The notes: generated by a model not told the origin, from the letters alone. DNA of 64,000 nucleotides from Eledone cirrhosa (GCA_964016885.1 OZ024743.1:339078001-339142000); one strand, 5' to 3'. Positions 39,856 to 51,430 are shown, counted from the stretch's first letter. Made by a program: numbers and translations.

Positions 39856-40384
39856 TAGTAATAGATACTATGAAATTAAAATCAGCAGAGTTTTAAAAGT
39901 CTAGCTGTGAATAAGTGCCATAAGTAGGTACAAGCCACTACTATACATAGCGGAACTGGAGCGGAACGGTTCAATTACCGGTAACTTTTTTATTAATACA
40001 CCCGTCTCACATTGGAGGTGAAATTTATGTTTTCCCTAAGATTTTTGATATGTCCTTCAAAACCGTCGTAAACTAAGGAGCTCCCGAGTGGGGGGAACCA
40101 CCGAAAACGAGTAATTTACGACGATTTTGAAAGCCATATTCGTTCAAAGCACACATTTCTGTGGTTTCCCCATCCGAGAACACCTTATTCTCACCAAAGT
40201 GGTTCCAGACTAACTACTAGAGAGAGGGTTAACTAAAAAAAATAACGAATAATTTCCGACAGTTTTGAAGGTCAGATTCGTGAAAAAATCCCACCAAAAA
40301 CAGACATTTTACCTCCAATGGAAAACAATTGTAAATAATAGAAACTTTCCCAGTTAACGGATGGTGTTATCTCCATGACAGCTT

Positions 40385-40728
40385 CACCCCTCTTTCTCAA
40401 CCCCTCATAACTCTCTTCCATCTCATCTCTCACCCATTCAATCACTCCTTCCTTCTCTTCCTCCCACCTCTCACTCATCACTTCCACCCATCCACCCTCC
40501 CACCTCTCAACCAATCACTACCACCCTCCCACCTCTCACTCACTCTCACCCTCCCTCCCATCTCTCACCCAATCACTCCCTAACTCCCTCCCACCTCTCA
40601 CTCATCACTCTCTCCCATCCCACACCCTCCCTCCGACCTCTCCCTCATCACCCCCTCCCACACTCCCACCTCTCACTCATCACTAACTTCCTTCCTCCCA
40701 CCTCTCACTAATTCAATCTCTCTCTCCC
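40385..40728. repeat. Pyrimidine-rich degenerate minisatellite (CTCCCACCTCTCACTCATCA-like units)
   Basis: Directly visible reiterated motif, almost no G on the + strand. Confidence 0.8.
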
Positions 40729-40840
40729 TCAGCATGGCCGAATTGTTAAGAAGTTCCTTTGTGTGGCATATTGGGTAAGGTCGGCCCATGCCTTGTTAGT
40801 GGAACTGGGTAGACGGGAACAGTGTGGAAGCCCATCGGAA
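40729..40840 (+). mobile_element. Internally deleted SINE remnant
   Basis: A-box-like GCATGGCCGAATTGTTAAG and a 3' part GCCTTGTTAGTGGAACTGGGTAGACGGGAAC..GAAGCCC resembling cephalopod SINE bodies (recall only). Confidence 0.4.
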
Positions 40841-41294
40841 TGACCCCCCCCCCCCCCCCCCCCCCACCACACACACCACCACCACACACCCCACCGCCAC
40901 ACACACCCCACCACCATACACACCACCACCGTCACAGTACCCCCCCCCCCCCGCGCCACCACCACGCACTACACCACCACGACACACGACACCACCACAT
41001 ACACCCCACCACCACACACCCCACCGCCACACACCCCACCACCGCCACACACACCACGAACAACAACAACAATTGTCATTTCAGTCAGTGAATTTTATAA
41101 CGCCTTCCTTTTTGCTTCTCTCGCACCCGCCGCTACCTCCCCCTTTTTTCTTAGATCTCTCTCTTCTTACTCCACACCTCTCCACTTCCACCCCTTCCTC
41201 CCCTTCCCTTCCGCCCACTCTCTCTCCCTCTCTCATTATGCCTCCTTATTTTCTTCCTCATTACACTCCATATAAATACGAACACACCTATCTT

Positions 41295-42558
41295 CACCAC
41301 CACCACCACCATCACCACCACCACCACCACCACCATCATCACTACCACCACCACCACCACCACCACCATCACCACCACCATCACCACCATCACTACCACC
41401 ACCACCACCATCACCACCATCACTACCACCACCACCACCACCACCACCTCCACCACCACCACCATCATCACTACCACCACCACCACCACCACCACCACCA
41501 CCACCATCACCACCACCACCACCACCACCATCATCACTACCACCACCACCACCACCACCACCACCATCACCACCACCATCACCACCATCACTACCACCAC
41601 CACCACCACCATCACCACCATCACCACCATCACTACCACCACAACCACCACCACCACCACAACCACCACCACCAACACCACCATCACCACCACCACTACC
41701 ACCACCACCACCACCACCACCACCATTACTACCACCAACACCACCACCACCATCACCACCATTACTACCACCACCACCACCATCACCACCACCACCACCA
41801 TCACCACCACCACCACCACCACCACCACCATCACCACCATCACCACCATCACTACCACCACCACCACCACCACCACCACCATCACCACCACCACCACCAC
41901 CATCACCACCACCACAACCACCACCACCACCACCACCATCACCACCACCAACACCACCATCACCATCACCACTACCACCACCACCACCATTACTACCACC
42001 ACCACCACCACCACCACCACCACCACCACCACCACCACCACCATCATCACTACCACCACCACCACCACCACCACCACCATCACCACCACCATCACCACCA
42101 TCACTACCACCACCACCACCACCACCACCATCACCACCATCACCACCATCACTACCACCACAACCACCACCACCACCACAACCACCACCACCAACACCAC
42201 CATCACCACCACCACCACCATTACTACCACCAACACCACCACCACCATCACCACCATTACTACCACCACCACCACCATCACCACCACCACCACCATCACC
42301 ACCACCACCACCACCACCACCACCACCACCATCACCACCATCACCACCATCACTACCACCACCACCACCACCACCACCACCATCACCACCACCACCACCA
42401 CCATCACCACCACCACAACCACCACCACCACCACCACCATCACCACCACCAACACCACCATCACCACCACCACTACCACCACCACCACCATTACTACCAC
42501 CACCACCACCAACACCACCACCACCATCACCACCACCACTACCACCACTACCACCACC
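41295..42558. repeat. ~1.26-kb interrupted (CAC)n/(GTG)n trinucleotide repeat
   Basis: Directly visible CAC with CAT, TAC, AAC and CAA interruptions. Source of the spurious poly-His and poly-Val ORFs. Confidence 0.97.
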
Positions 42559-43299
42559 TGTTTGACTGAGACGCGTATGAAGTCAGGTGGAAAGAGAATA
42601 TTAAGAGGACACCCATACAGAGAGAGAGAGAGAGAGAGAGAGTGAGAGTGAGATGGTGGTTGTACACAGGTGAAGTACATACTGAACCTTTCACACTTTA
42701 TGCACACACACATACTTATATGCATACACATATTTATATATGTCTGTGATTGTAATGTATACACACATACACACTCCGACATATGTCTGTGTTTGTAAAT
42801 ATATAAACGGAAAAAATGAAACGAAATTTCATTTCTCACTCTTAGTACGGCTGATATTTAAATATAAGTATGTATACGTCCATACATATATGTATACAGG
42901 CGTACACTAGTATGTATATACATACATACATGCACACACACATATATATATGTACGTATGGGTTTACTGAACATATATTATAATGCTCGGTTTGTTTGTA
43001 AACAAACAGCCCAAATTAAGCAGTACAGTGTTCGGCAACCATCGTTGCCCTTTTATTCAACACTGGAACGATATAGATGGAGCTAAGAAGACCAAAGTTA
43101 AACAGAAAAAATGAATGGAATAACAACAACAACCATACCCAAACAAACAATACTGACTTAAGGGAAATATAAATAAATAAATAAATATATATATACACAG
43201 GTACAATAACAACAAACACATATAAACACACACTAGTAAACAAAGATAGAATACAAAAACAAAAACACATATACTCAAACGCGAACACACACACCAAAC

Positions 43300-44952
43300 A
43301 TTATACACACACGTTTAGTTATACTCTGGTCCAAGCGGGTTGGTATATAACCTATAGCTCCAATAGTGATGGGTATGAAACTGAAGTTGTATCTTGGATA
43401 CTGGATCTGCAAACTCCTCATCATGATGTCCTCCTTCTCTTGTATTTTTCTTACAACGTTGACATCAAGTGGGCAGCTGATCTCTACAACAAAGCGCGTT
43501 TTCAATGTGTGGTCCCAAACAACAATATCGGACCGGTTGTGCTTTAATTTGGTGGCAAATTTTATTTTCAGGTTCCACCAGTATTCTTTAGTGCCATCTA
43601 TCTCAGCATATTCCTCCTCATTTATTTTTTAATTTTGTTTTCCTAAGTTCACTCCAGATGGTTCTAGCTGTCACATCGTGTCTCATAGGGAGGTAGTAGC
43701 GAGGCGAATTCTTTCGCAGTTGGCAACAATGTGGCTAACACCTTCGATCTTTGTTTTACAAAGCCTACATTTATTCTCGACTGATGGCCCTCCTCTTTTG
43801 TGTAACAGATATTTGGTAGGGATTTCTTGTTCCTGTCCTGTATTGCATAGAGATATCCTTCAAGGTGGGATGTCATAAACTTGTCATAAACAAGAACTCC
43901 ATGCCAGGCTTTTTGAATGATTTATCCCCCTATGGTCTGTGTTTTTCGTCTCAGGTACCCATGCACAACTTTCTCTGTAAATTGGTCCACTTTCATTTAT
44001 CTTGTCCGAACATTGAATAGGATCTTCCAATTTCCCTGGGAGAGAGATTTATATCAGAGCTTATTCCATATCTCTCCTTCAGATCAGTGGCTATCCTAAT
44101 GATATGCCGAGGTTGACTTTGCCTTTCATCCTTACGGGGTCGATAAAATAAAGTACTGGGAAATTGCTGGCCTTGTGCCAAAGTAGAAACAATTATTTTC
44201 TTCATGCTCATAGACCTGGGCAAGATGGTTGCTGACCTTTTTCTTCTGCTGAAGATGTTTCTTCAGTGTTACTATTCGGGTCTCGTATGATGTCAATATG
44301 GATTTTAGACCCTGGCCACCTTCCTTGCGTGAGAAGTATAGCCTATCCACATAACCATTGATGTTAAAGTTTCTAGTAACACTAAGAAGTTTGCGAGTTC
44401 TTACATCCATCTCACTTAGTTCTTGCAATGACCAGTTCAGCAGAACAAATGTTGGCGTAAGGATTAGCACAGCATAAGTATTGTGGACAATGTATTTGTT
44501 GCACGCTGATAGTTCTGATGACCATATTTTCTTTACTCTCCTGAGGTATTCAGTTTTGGTTCTCTCCTTATTTATGGGTCCATCATATCTGACATTCTCA
44601 TCCTGTCCAAGATATCTGTAGTTGTCACCTGACTGTAGAGGTTGTATTGTCAAGCCGTTCATCTCTAGATTTCCAGAGGAGGGCACAACCCTTCCATGTT
44701 TTACTGTCAAATATGCACACTTGGACTCACCAAATTTCATTCTGATGATTGCAGAAAATTGTGTAATGAGGTCCAATTGTTTTTTAATATAGTTGATATT
44801 GGGCCCATAGAGCTTCAGGTCATCGACAAAGAAAAGATGGAAGATACTTCTGGACCTACTTCCATGACCACTTTGTTTTGTGAGCAGGTATGATAGTGGA
44901 TTTAGTGAGAGGACGAAAAGCAGCACTGATAAGCTATCACCCTGAAAGACGC
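43300..44952 (-). mobile_element. 5'-truncated, decayed RT-RLE non-LTR retrotransposon (R4/Dong-like)
   Basis: VFQGDSLSVLLF, HLFFVDDLKLY, MKFGESKC, YRYLG, LYFSRKEGGQGL; CCHC knuckle CRLCKTKIEGVSHIVANC (~43715-43770); restriction-like endonuclease PDIVVWD...VVEISCP...K and PITIGAIG. Several frameshifts and stops. Confidence 0.85.
44105..44195 (+). mobile_element. 5'-truncated SINE inserted into the R4-like element
   Basis: GCCGAGGTTGACTTTGCCTTTCATCCTTACGGGGTCGATAAAATAAAGTAC...AGAAACAATTATT matches the 3' half of the SINEs at 55635-56223. The host frame reads ...EHEENN | IIRIATD... across it. Confidence 0.88.
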
Positions 44953-45104
44953 ATTGTGTCCAATCTGATATGCAATTTCGTATTTACAACATATGACTTT
45001 TGTAAAATCATGGAGTGATAAACGATGATCTTGGACGAAATCTAATTTTGTCTGGCTTATTATAATAAGATAAATAAAGGCAGTGGGTTGGCAGTATTGT
45101 TAGA

Positions 45105-45495
45105 GCTTCTTCTTTTTCTTCGCCCACTTATCCCTGAGAGAGTCGTGTGGGCAGAGTCCTCAAACACTCTATCCAACGGGTCCTGTCAGAAGCAGCCACC
45201 TCCAATTGATCCGGCTGGATCCCCAAACGAGACCAGCCGAGCTCGTGGATATTATCCAACCATCTTGCTCGGGGTCTACCCCTAGATGTCCTGTCTGTTG
45301 GTTTTGCTCGTAAAATCTGTCCCACGATTCTTTCCTGAGACATTCTAACCACATGCCCATAGTATCGGAGTTATGATCTCTCAATTCGGAGAAGTAGCAG
45401 CTCTACCAGGATTTCTGAGCTACGCACTCCATCGAGAAACGTTACTCCAAAGACTCTTCGGAGGAATCCCATTTCGGCCGCTTGTATTCGAGATT
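45105..45495 (-). mobile_element. RTE-clade LINE 3' end with (GAA)n tail
   Basis: RIQAAEMGFLRRVFGVT..D.VRS, YYGHVVRM, RSRGRPRARW-like (TSRGRPRARWLDNI), DRTRW. Ends in GAAGAAAAAGAAGAAG. Confidence 0.85.
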
Positions 45496-45760
45496 CTTGA
45501 CGTTTCTTTCTGTCGCTAGAATTGTGACAATGGGCCTTCCGTCTTTGTTTCCGCATTTGGCTATGTGTTTCCGGAAAGACGAGGCCCTGGTTTTAGTGTG
45601 TTCCTTGATCCGGATGTGCAACGGCCTGATTGTGCTACCTATATAGTATTGGTTGCACGCCGGCACGTTATGTATCAAGGAAGCACTTTGGATCAAACGC
45701 CTAGGGCCACAATTAAACAACCAGTCCGAGAGAAGCGAAATGAGGTGGTTGGTTTAAGTT
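45496..45760 (-). pseudogene. Penelope-type GIY-YIG endonuclease fragment
   Basis: ORF 45442-45720: CNQYYIGSTIRPLHIRIKEH...SSFRKH, the YIG-T-R-L-R-EH signature. Confidence 0.8.
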
Positions 45761-46041
45761 AACAAACGATGCAGCAACATACGCGCACACACACACAAGC
45801 GAGACAGCAACACACGCACACACACACACACAGTAACATTCACCAAACAGGCAGAGAATGGACTGACAGCTAGCGCCACCCCACTCCCACAATTGAAAGA
45901 ACTACTTCGGCCGCTGACCTCTGCCTGACCGACCCCATTTCACGCGCACGCGCGCTCTGCTGAATACCTCAGATATTCAAAACAACGAACAGCGGAGGAC
46001 ACGTTTCGCACCTTTCCGACAGACACCCCCCCCGGAAAAAA

Positions 46042-46077
46042 CCCCAGTTGATGGATGTGAATCCGAAATATATAGGG
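46042..46077 (+). ncRNA. Degenerate minimal type I hammerhead ribozyme motif
   Basis: CCC-CAGTTGA (2 mismatches to CTGATGA)-T-GGAT/gtga/ATCC-GAAA-TATA-TA|GGG, followed by ATTAAA. Confidence 0.5.
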
Positions 46078-46281
46078 ACAATTAAATCTCTTCCAAGGTA
46101 ACTCTTTCTTGTGTTGTTATTTTTATTTTTATCCTTTACGCTCTTTCCTTCATTCCTCTACACGTTAGAGTCTTATACACGCCACGCATCTCAACGTACA
46201 CCCACTTACATCTCTCTCTCCACCACCGGATCTTGTTACCCGGAGATTTACCCATCTGCATTGTCGAGGCTTCCAAACGAC

Positions 46282-46323
<42 letters not shown>

Positions 46324-46382
46324 TATTTCGTTTCTGAATTTGTTTAGCAAGATTCTTTATCTGAAATCGTGTGTTGAAACCG

Positions 46383-46569
46383 ATATTGTTATACTTTGAG
46401 AGGGTCATGTTGCCAATAAGAAACACACGCACCAGTTGCTTTCACTTCAATTTATTATATATTTATAAATTTATAAATTTATAAATTTATAAATATATAA
46501 TAAATTAAAGTGAAAGCAACTGGTGCGTGTGTTTCTTATTGGCAACATGACCCTCCCAAAGTATAACAA

Positions 46570-46572
<3 letters not shown>
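46383..46572. repeat. ~190-bp near-perfect palindrome with (TTTATAAA)n centre
   Basis: ATATTGTTATACTTTG.GAGGGTCATGTTGCCAATAAGAAACACACGCACCAGTTGCTTTCACTT is mirrored at 46507-46572. The same peptide MRVFLIGNMTL appears on both strands in the ORF track. Confidence 0.92.
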
Positions 46573-46759
<187 letters not shown>

Positions 46760-46851
46760 ACGAAGGAAATGTGGTAAGGAACCAGGTGGACCATAACGCA
46801 CCAAAGTACTCAATACTTAGGGTAGTAGAGTGGGTAATAGGAACGAGTAGG

Positions 46852-46947
46852 ACCCCGACGGCTGAGCTCAAGCCTTTTCGACGGCTAATTCTGGACTAAA
46901 TGAACATTTTTATCCTGGTATTTGAATAGCCGAGCTTCTCAGGGGGT
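46852..46947 (-). ncRNA. Type I hammerhead ribozyme motif in the 3' pLTR (C-to-A change in helix III)
   Basis: Reverse complement reads ACCCC-CTGAGAA-G..CGGCTATTC(loop)GAATTAGCCG.C-GAAA-AGGCT-TGAGCTC-AGCCG-TC|GGGGT. Confidence 0.7.
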
Positions 46948-48062
46948 AATTCCATATATGGTAAAAGTGATTGTCACAAGGATTGGTCAAAAGTTTGTTG
47001 TTGAGACATAATAATTCTATCATGGCAATTTGTGGAGGGAAGGGGTAGCTGAACCTGCCAGTAGAAGAAAGAGGGAGAGGGGGTGGAGGAAACCCAGCCG
47101 TGCTGCGTTGATAGTGCCAACTACAGCTGAGCAGGAGGTCAAAGAAGATACTAGGGGGGGGGGGGGGAAGTCGAACCAATAAGTAAAACAATATGGGCTA
47201 AATATATAGAAAAATACCGGGAGTGTTAAAAAACAATTAAATGTAAAAAAAAACAATTTCTGGTTACTATAACCTAAGGACAGCTATCAAGTCTCTCACT
47301 GGTACTGCTAGACTGAAGAAAGGTTTACTAGGTGGGACGGAATTATAATGAGACCCTTTTAAGAGGTATAAGTAAACAACCGAATATATCTTACGGTGAC
47401 GGGTCAACAAGTGGTGGTGGTGGTGGTGGTGGTGGTGGTGGTGGTGGGGGGGGGGGGGAATACTAAATAAACTACCACGAAATAATAATTCAGAGTCCCG
47501 AGACCAGTACGAAATAAAGGTTTCTACCCCATGCACAAGGCCAGCAACCACCCAGTGCTAAAAAAAAATAAACTAATACGAAATAATAATTCAGAATCCC
47601 GAAAAAGAATACAAATACTATCTCTAAGGGTGCCGCCATGCTACAAAATTACAGTGCAAACTACATAAATGCTCGTACGAAGTATCTGTAAAAATTTGAT
47701 ACGGAAAATTAATTCAGAATCCCCCCCCCCCCCCCCAAAAAAAAAAATACTGATATACGAGAAATTAAAGCAAAGATACCACTAAGAAATATAGAAAGCA
47801 CGGAAAAGGGGAAGCCATCGGATAAGAAGGCAAGTATCCGGAGTCTAACACATCTGCTATAAAAAGCGGAGTCGGCCAAATCTATCATAGAATAGGGGAA
47901 GGGGGTGGGGGTACTGAGGCTACAAAGGACCGAGGGGCTGCCTCGGGTGGGCGAGAAAGTAAAAGGACGAAGACAAAGAAAGAGGACTGGGGTGGAAGGA
48001 CTAGGGAGGGATGAGGGAAGAAGGAAATATAGAGGAAGCGATAAAAAGATATAAAAGAAGAT

Positions 48063-49655
48063 CTACCTTTGCAAGCAGGGGTTACCCATTACAAAATCGG
48101 CAAGTGGGGTGTTATAGCCGTAGTCTACCCCCCACCCCGGGTCATTATGGGGTTTGAGGGCGAGGTAAGTCCTACGCAATCTGTGTTTACATGCAGTTAC
48201 CAGTTCATCTTTCTTGTTTAGGAGTTGGTCCGTCGAAAACATCATTTGTAAAGTTTCCTCCGAGCATAAATTGCACGGACGGCGTCCTCCCGTGTAAGAG
48301 TTGGCTCTGGACAGTAAGCTCCAAGTGAGATCATAGGTAATGTTGTTATCCTTGAGGTCCCATATGTGGCCCGAAAGTGTAGTGGCGTGACGCCGGGCCG
48401 GGTTTCGGAAGGTATGTCTGTGTTGGTATAGCCGGGTCTTGAAGTCACATGCGGTTAATCCTATATAAGCTTTGTTGGAGGTGTCCGTCCTCACGTTGCA
48501 CTGGTAGATCACATTACGATCTCTGCATCTGTTGTCGAGGGGGAAAATGGATCCATCAGGACAGTTGCACCCCCTGGTCGGCTCTCCACTGCTATTTAGG
48601 TTATTTCTTCCATAGGGGTTGAGTTTTTTGTTGTTAGAGGAGACGATGTTTTGTGCAAAGTTTGGTGTGGTGCTGTAGGAGAGTTTGATGGTATTTTTGT
48701 TAATTATGTTGTGGTAGCGGTGTTGTAGTGGGAAGTGTTTTTCAATGAGCCTAAAGAAGATTTTCCAAATAGGAGTTGTCACCTCGGCGTTGTGGGGAGG
48801 ATTGAACCATGTTACATTGCGTGAGCGGCGGTGTCGCCTGCTGGTTCCGCTAATGGAAGCTGGACAGTAGGATATTTCCTCCCGGAAACCACTCCGCTTG
48901 ATGGCCTGGTTGTAATAAGGCGCATGTTCCTCGAATATCTGCTCATTAGCTGACAAACGAGATAAGCGGAGGGAGATGTTTTTAACCAGGTTATTGGTGA
49001 TGTTCCTAGGATGGTTTGACCGGCGGTGGATGTAGTGCAGGTTGTCGTTAGGTTTCCTGTATGGGTAGTACAGATCATTATCGAGGTCAAGGGTAACGTC
49101 CAGGAAGTTTACTCGGGTCAGGTACGTTTGTAGGGTTATTTTAAATCCCCAGTCGCGGAAGAAGCTGATTAATTGTTTACGGACCCGATCTGTACTACTG
49201 GGGTTGACCCTTTAAGGGTAAGGAGCCCATCATCACGGTACAATCCACCGCCGAATGCAGGAAACATCTCGGTGAGTTTGGCTATTAGGAATAATCCTAT
49301 AAGATCTGTGACCTCAGCCGAATCCGTCGCGCCCATGCTGACGTCGAAGGGTGAGTCGGGATCTCTCTTTATCCATTTGGAGTTGTCGAAGAGTAAGACT
49401 GTCTTCCTGGCGTGGAGGATGATGTTTCTTTCCTGGTCGGTGATGGGCACAAGTGTTTCGGCGAAGTCCAAGGCAGCCGTAAGTAGCGGTAAGGTAATTG
49501 AAGCATAGTAACTCTCTATGTCAAACTGGATGAATTTAGTGTCTCGTTTTTCCTCCATATTGCTTAACCATGAGATTACTTCCTGGATGTTGACTCATAG
49601 GCTAAGTCTGGCGTGTTGCTTAACTTTTGGTATAACGCGGTCTAGGAATTTTTGC
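48063..49655 (-). pseudogene. Naiad-type Penelope RT + GIY-YIG endonuclease ORF, frameshifted
   Basis: FIQFDIESYYASI, FDVSMGATDSAEVTDLIG, GLYRDDGL, NFLDVTL, WFNPP, CNC...RC...VIYQC...YIGLT..FK.R..QH...TTLSGHIW...CNLC..E...C.H. Confidence 0.9.
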
Positions 49656-49850
49656 TGATTCTCCCTGCTCAGCTGTAGTTGGCACTATCAACGCAGCACG
49701 TCTGGGTTTCCTCCACCCCTCTCCTTCTTTCTTCTACTGGCAGGTTCAGCTACCCCTTCCCTCCACAAATTGCCATGATAGAATTATTATGTCTCAACAA
49801 CAAACTTCTGACCAATCCTTGTGACAATCACTTTTACCATATATGGAATT

Positions 49851-49946
49851 ACCCCCTGAGAAGCTCGGCTATTCAAATACCAGGATAAAAATGTTCATTT
49901 AGTCCAGAATTAGCCGTCGAAACGGCTTGAGCTCAGCCGTCGGGGT
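49851..49946 (+). ncRNA. Type I hammerhead ribozyme motif in the inverted 5' pLTR
   Basis: Helix I ACCCC/GGGGT; core CTGAGAA; helix II CGGCTATTC/GAATTAGCCG with long loop; GAAA; helix III ACGGCT/AGCCGT; cleavage triplet GTC (after 49941). The core has A8 opposite C3, which is non-canonical. Confidence 0.75.
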
Positions 49947-49956
49947 TCTACTCGTT

Positions 49957-50053
<97 letters not shown>

Positions 50054-50115
50054 ATATATATATATATATATATACATACATGTGAGAAAAACCACAGACC
50101 CTCCATCTCAACTCA

Positions 50116-50153
50116 CCTTTTGAAAAGCAGAAGAACTGCGAAACCGGTAAAGG
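50116..50153 (+). ncRNA. Minimal type I hammerhead ribozyme, U3-A8 core variant
   Basis: CCTT-TTGAAAA-GCAG/aagaa/CTGC-GAAA-CCGG-TA|AAGG. Helices I and II pair perfectly, helix III is the palindrome ACCGGT, and AATAAA follows. Confidence 0.85.
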
Positions 50154-50285
50154 AACCAAATAAATATATATATTTTTTAAAAGAATAAGACTTCAGTTGC
50201 ATTTTCGATTTCATCCCTTTTTCTTTATACTTCCACTCGTGTAGGACACCTCGGTTATTTTTCATTTTGTAAAAAAAAACCTCAC

Positions 50286-50377
<92 letters not shown>

Positions 50378-50384
<7 letters not shown>

Positions 50385-50634
50385 ATATTAATAAATGGAA
50401 ACTATATTTATAAAACCATATTTATTTCATTATACATATTTCAAGAGCCACCAAGGCAAATTATGGTGCGCTTTCATCAGATAAAATACAGATTTGTTTT
50501 ATAAATAAATATTGACATACCCGGAAAAAAAAGACAACCTTAACGGTTGGAGCTTCCTGGTGGCCCTTGAAATATGTATTATAAAATAAATATGTTTTTA
50601 TAAATATAGTTTCCATTTATTAATATATTGTGTA
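50378..50634. repeat. Inverted repeat with ~75-bp arms and ~100-bp spacer (inverted pLTR-like module)
   Basis: CAATATATTAATAAATGGAAACTATATTTATAAAA...ATTTCAAGAGCCACCA is mirrored by TGGTGGCCCTTGAAAT...TTTATTAATATATTG. Confidence 0.88.
50423..50488 (-). ncRNA. Type I hammerhead ribozyme with canonical core
   Basis: Reverse complement reads TATTTTAT-CTGATGA-AAGCGCACCA(loop)TGGTGGCTCTT-GAAA-TATGTA-TA|ATGAAATA, giving an 8-bp helix I with one G-U pair. Confidence 0.78.
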
Positions 50635-50719
50635 TTTACTCCACTAAACTGTTGAGGGCTTTACATCAGTTATAAAAATGTTTAAGCTTGTTGAATCCCA
50701 ACAAATTAAATATAACCTC

Positions 50720-50777
<58 letters not shown>

Positions 50778-50778
<1 letters not shown>

Positions 50779-51430
50779 GATCAAAATTTAGTTTAGAACA
50801 TTTATTAGCTGACAATTGTTTCTTCCAGAGGGAAGTCTGGAATCATCGGAGCATAAGGAATGTCGAAAACGTGTAACTAGAATCCCAGTCATTTAGAACA
50901 TTTAGGGTGCATAGTTGTTATTAGTGTCAAAGGTATCATGTGGAGATTCAGGAGTTAAAAAGATGTTCCGCTTGAAATAACACAATTACAGGCAGCACTG
51001 GTTGGAATTGTAATAGGTATAAGTAAAAGCAAAAAGCACAAGCAAAAAAATGACAAGCAAAAAAACACAAGGAAAGAAGTTATAAGCAAGGACGATTGGT
51101 GTACAATGCAGGAGTCAATGCAGTCAATAATGCATGTATGAGGAAAGAGTTATACTGCAGTTGAAATAAACATATTTTGTGTGGGGTGTTAAAGCATGTT
51201 ATATTTGTTATTAACATTTAAGATAGTGTGCAATTTGTTAGAGAGGCATGTGGTGATAATGTAGGTATTTTCTATGTAAGGTGTAATGTAAAGCACTAGA
51301 TAGAGTTCGGTATGTGATTTTCATTTAAGTGTTTTTGTGATGTAGTTCGTATTTATGTGCATGTGTTGTTTGTTACTCACAACTATTAACCATGGGATTA
51401 TTTTAAAATATATTTTAATGGGAATAATAT
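50778..51430 (-). mobile_element. Probable solo Penelope pseudo-LTR / 3' end between (TA)n tracts
   Basis: Carries a hammerhead at its 3' end. Its first ~100 bp recur at 62940-63040, attached in inverted orientation to a Naiad-type RT. Confidence 0.55.
50808..50852 (-). ncRNA. Minimal type I hammerhead ribozyme, CCGATGA (U4C) core
   Basis: Reverse complement reads GCT-CCGATGA-TTCCAGA/cttccc/TCTGGAA-GAAA-CAATTG-TC|AGC-TAATAAA. Perfect 7-bp helix II and palindromic helix III ACAATTGT. Confidence 0.82.

Larger units (their letters stand above)
46780..49961 (-). mobile_element. Penelope-like element (Naiad-type), 5'-truncated, with 3' pseudo-LTR and an inverted pseudo-LTR copy at the 5' end
   Basis: RT and GIY-YIG on the minus strand. 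46837-47135 and 49664-49961 are near-identical inverted copies. Bounded by (TA)n tracts. Confidence 0.9.

Noticed and set aside
40047-40139. Imperfect inverted repeat TTCAAAACCGTCGTAAA / TTTACGACGATTTTGAA
   Set aside because: Real but short, with no TSD or family assignable. Probably an internal part of an old DNA transposon.
40824-42839. 581-aa poly-His ORF and 562-aa poly-Val ORF
   Set aside because: Both are translations of a (CAC)n/(GTG)n microsatellite and low-complexity flanks, with no domain content.
43018-43066. Hairpin CAGTGTT-GGCAAC/GTTGCC-AACACTG resembling a hammerhead on the minus strand
   Set aside because: It has GAAC rather than GAAAC and no recognisable CUGANGA/UUGANAA core at the right spacing. 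Treated as a simple stem-loop.
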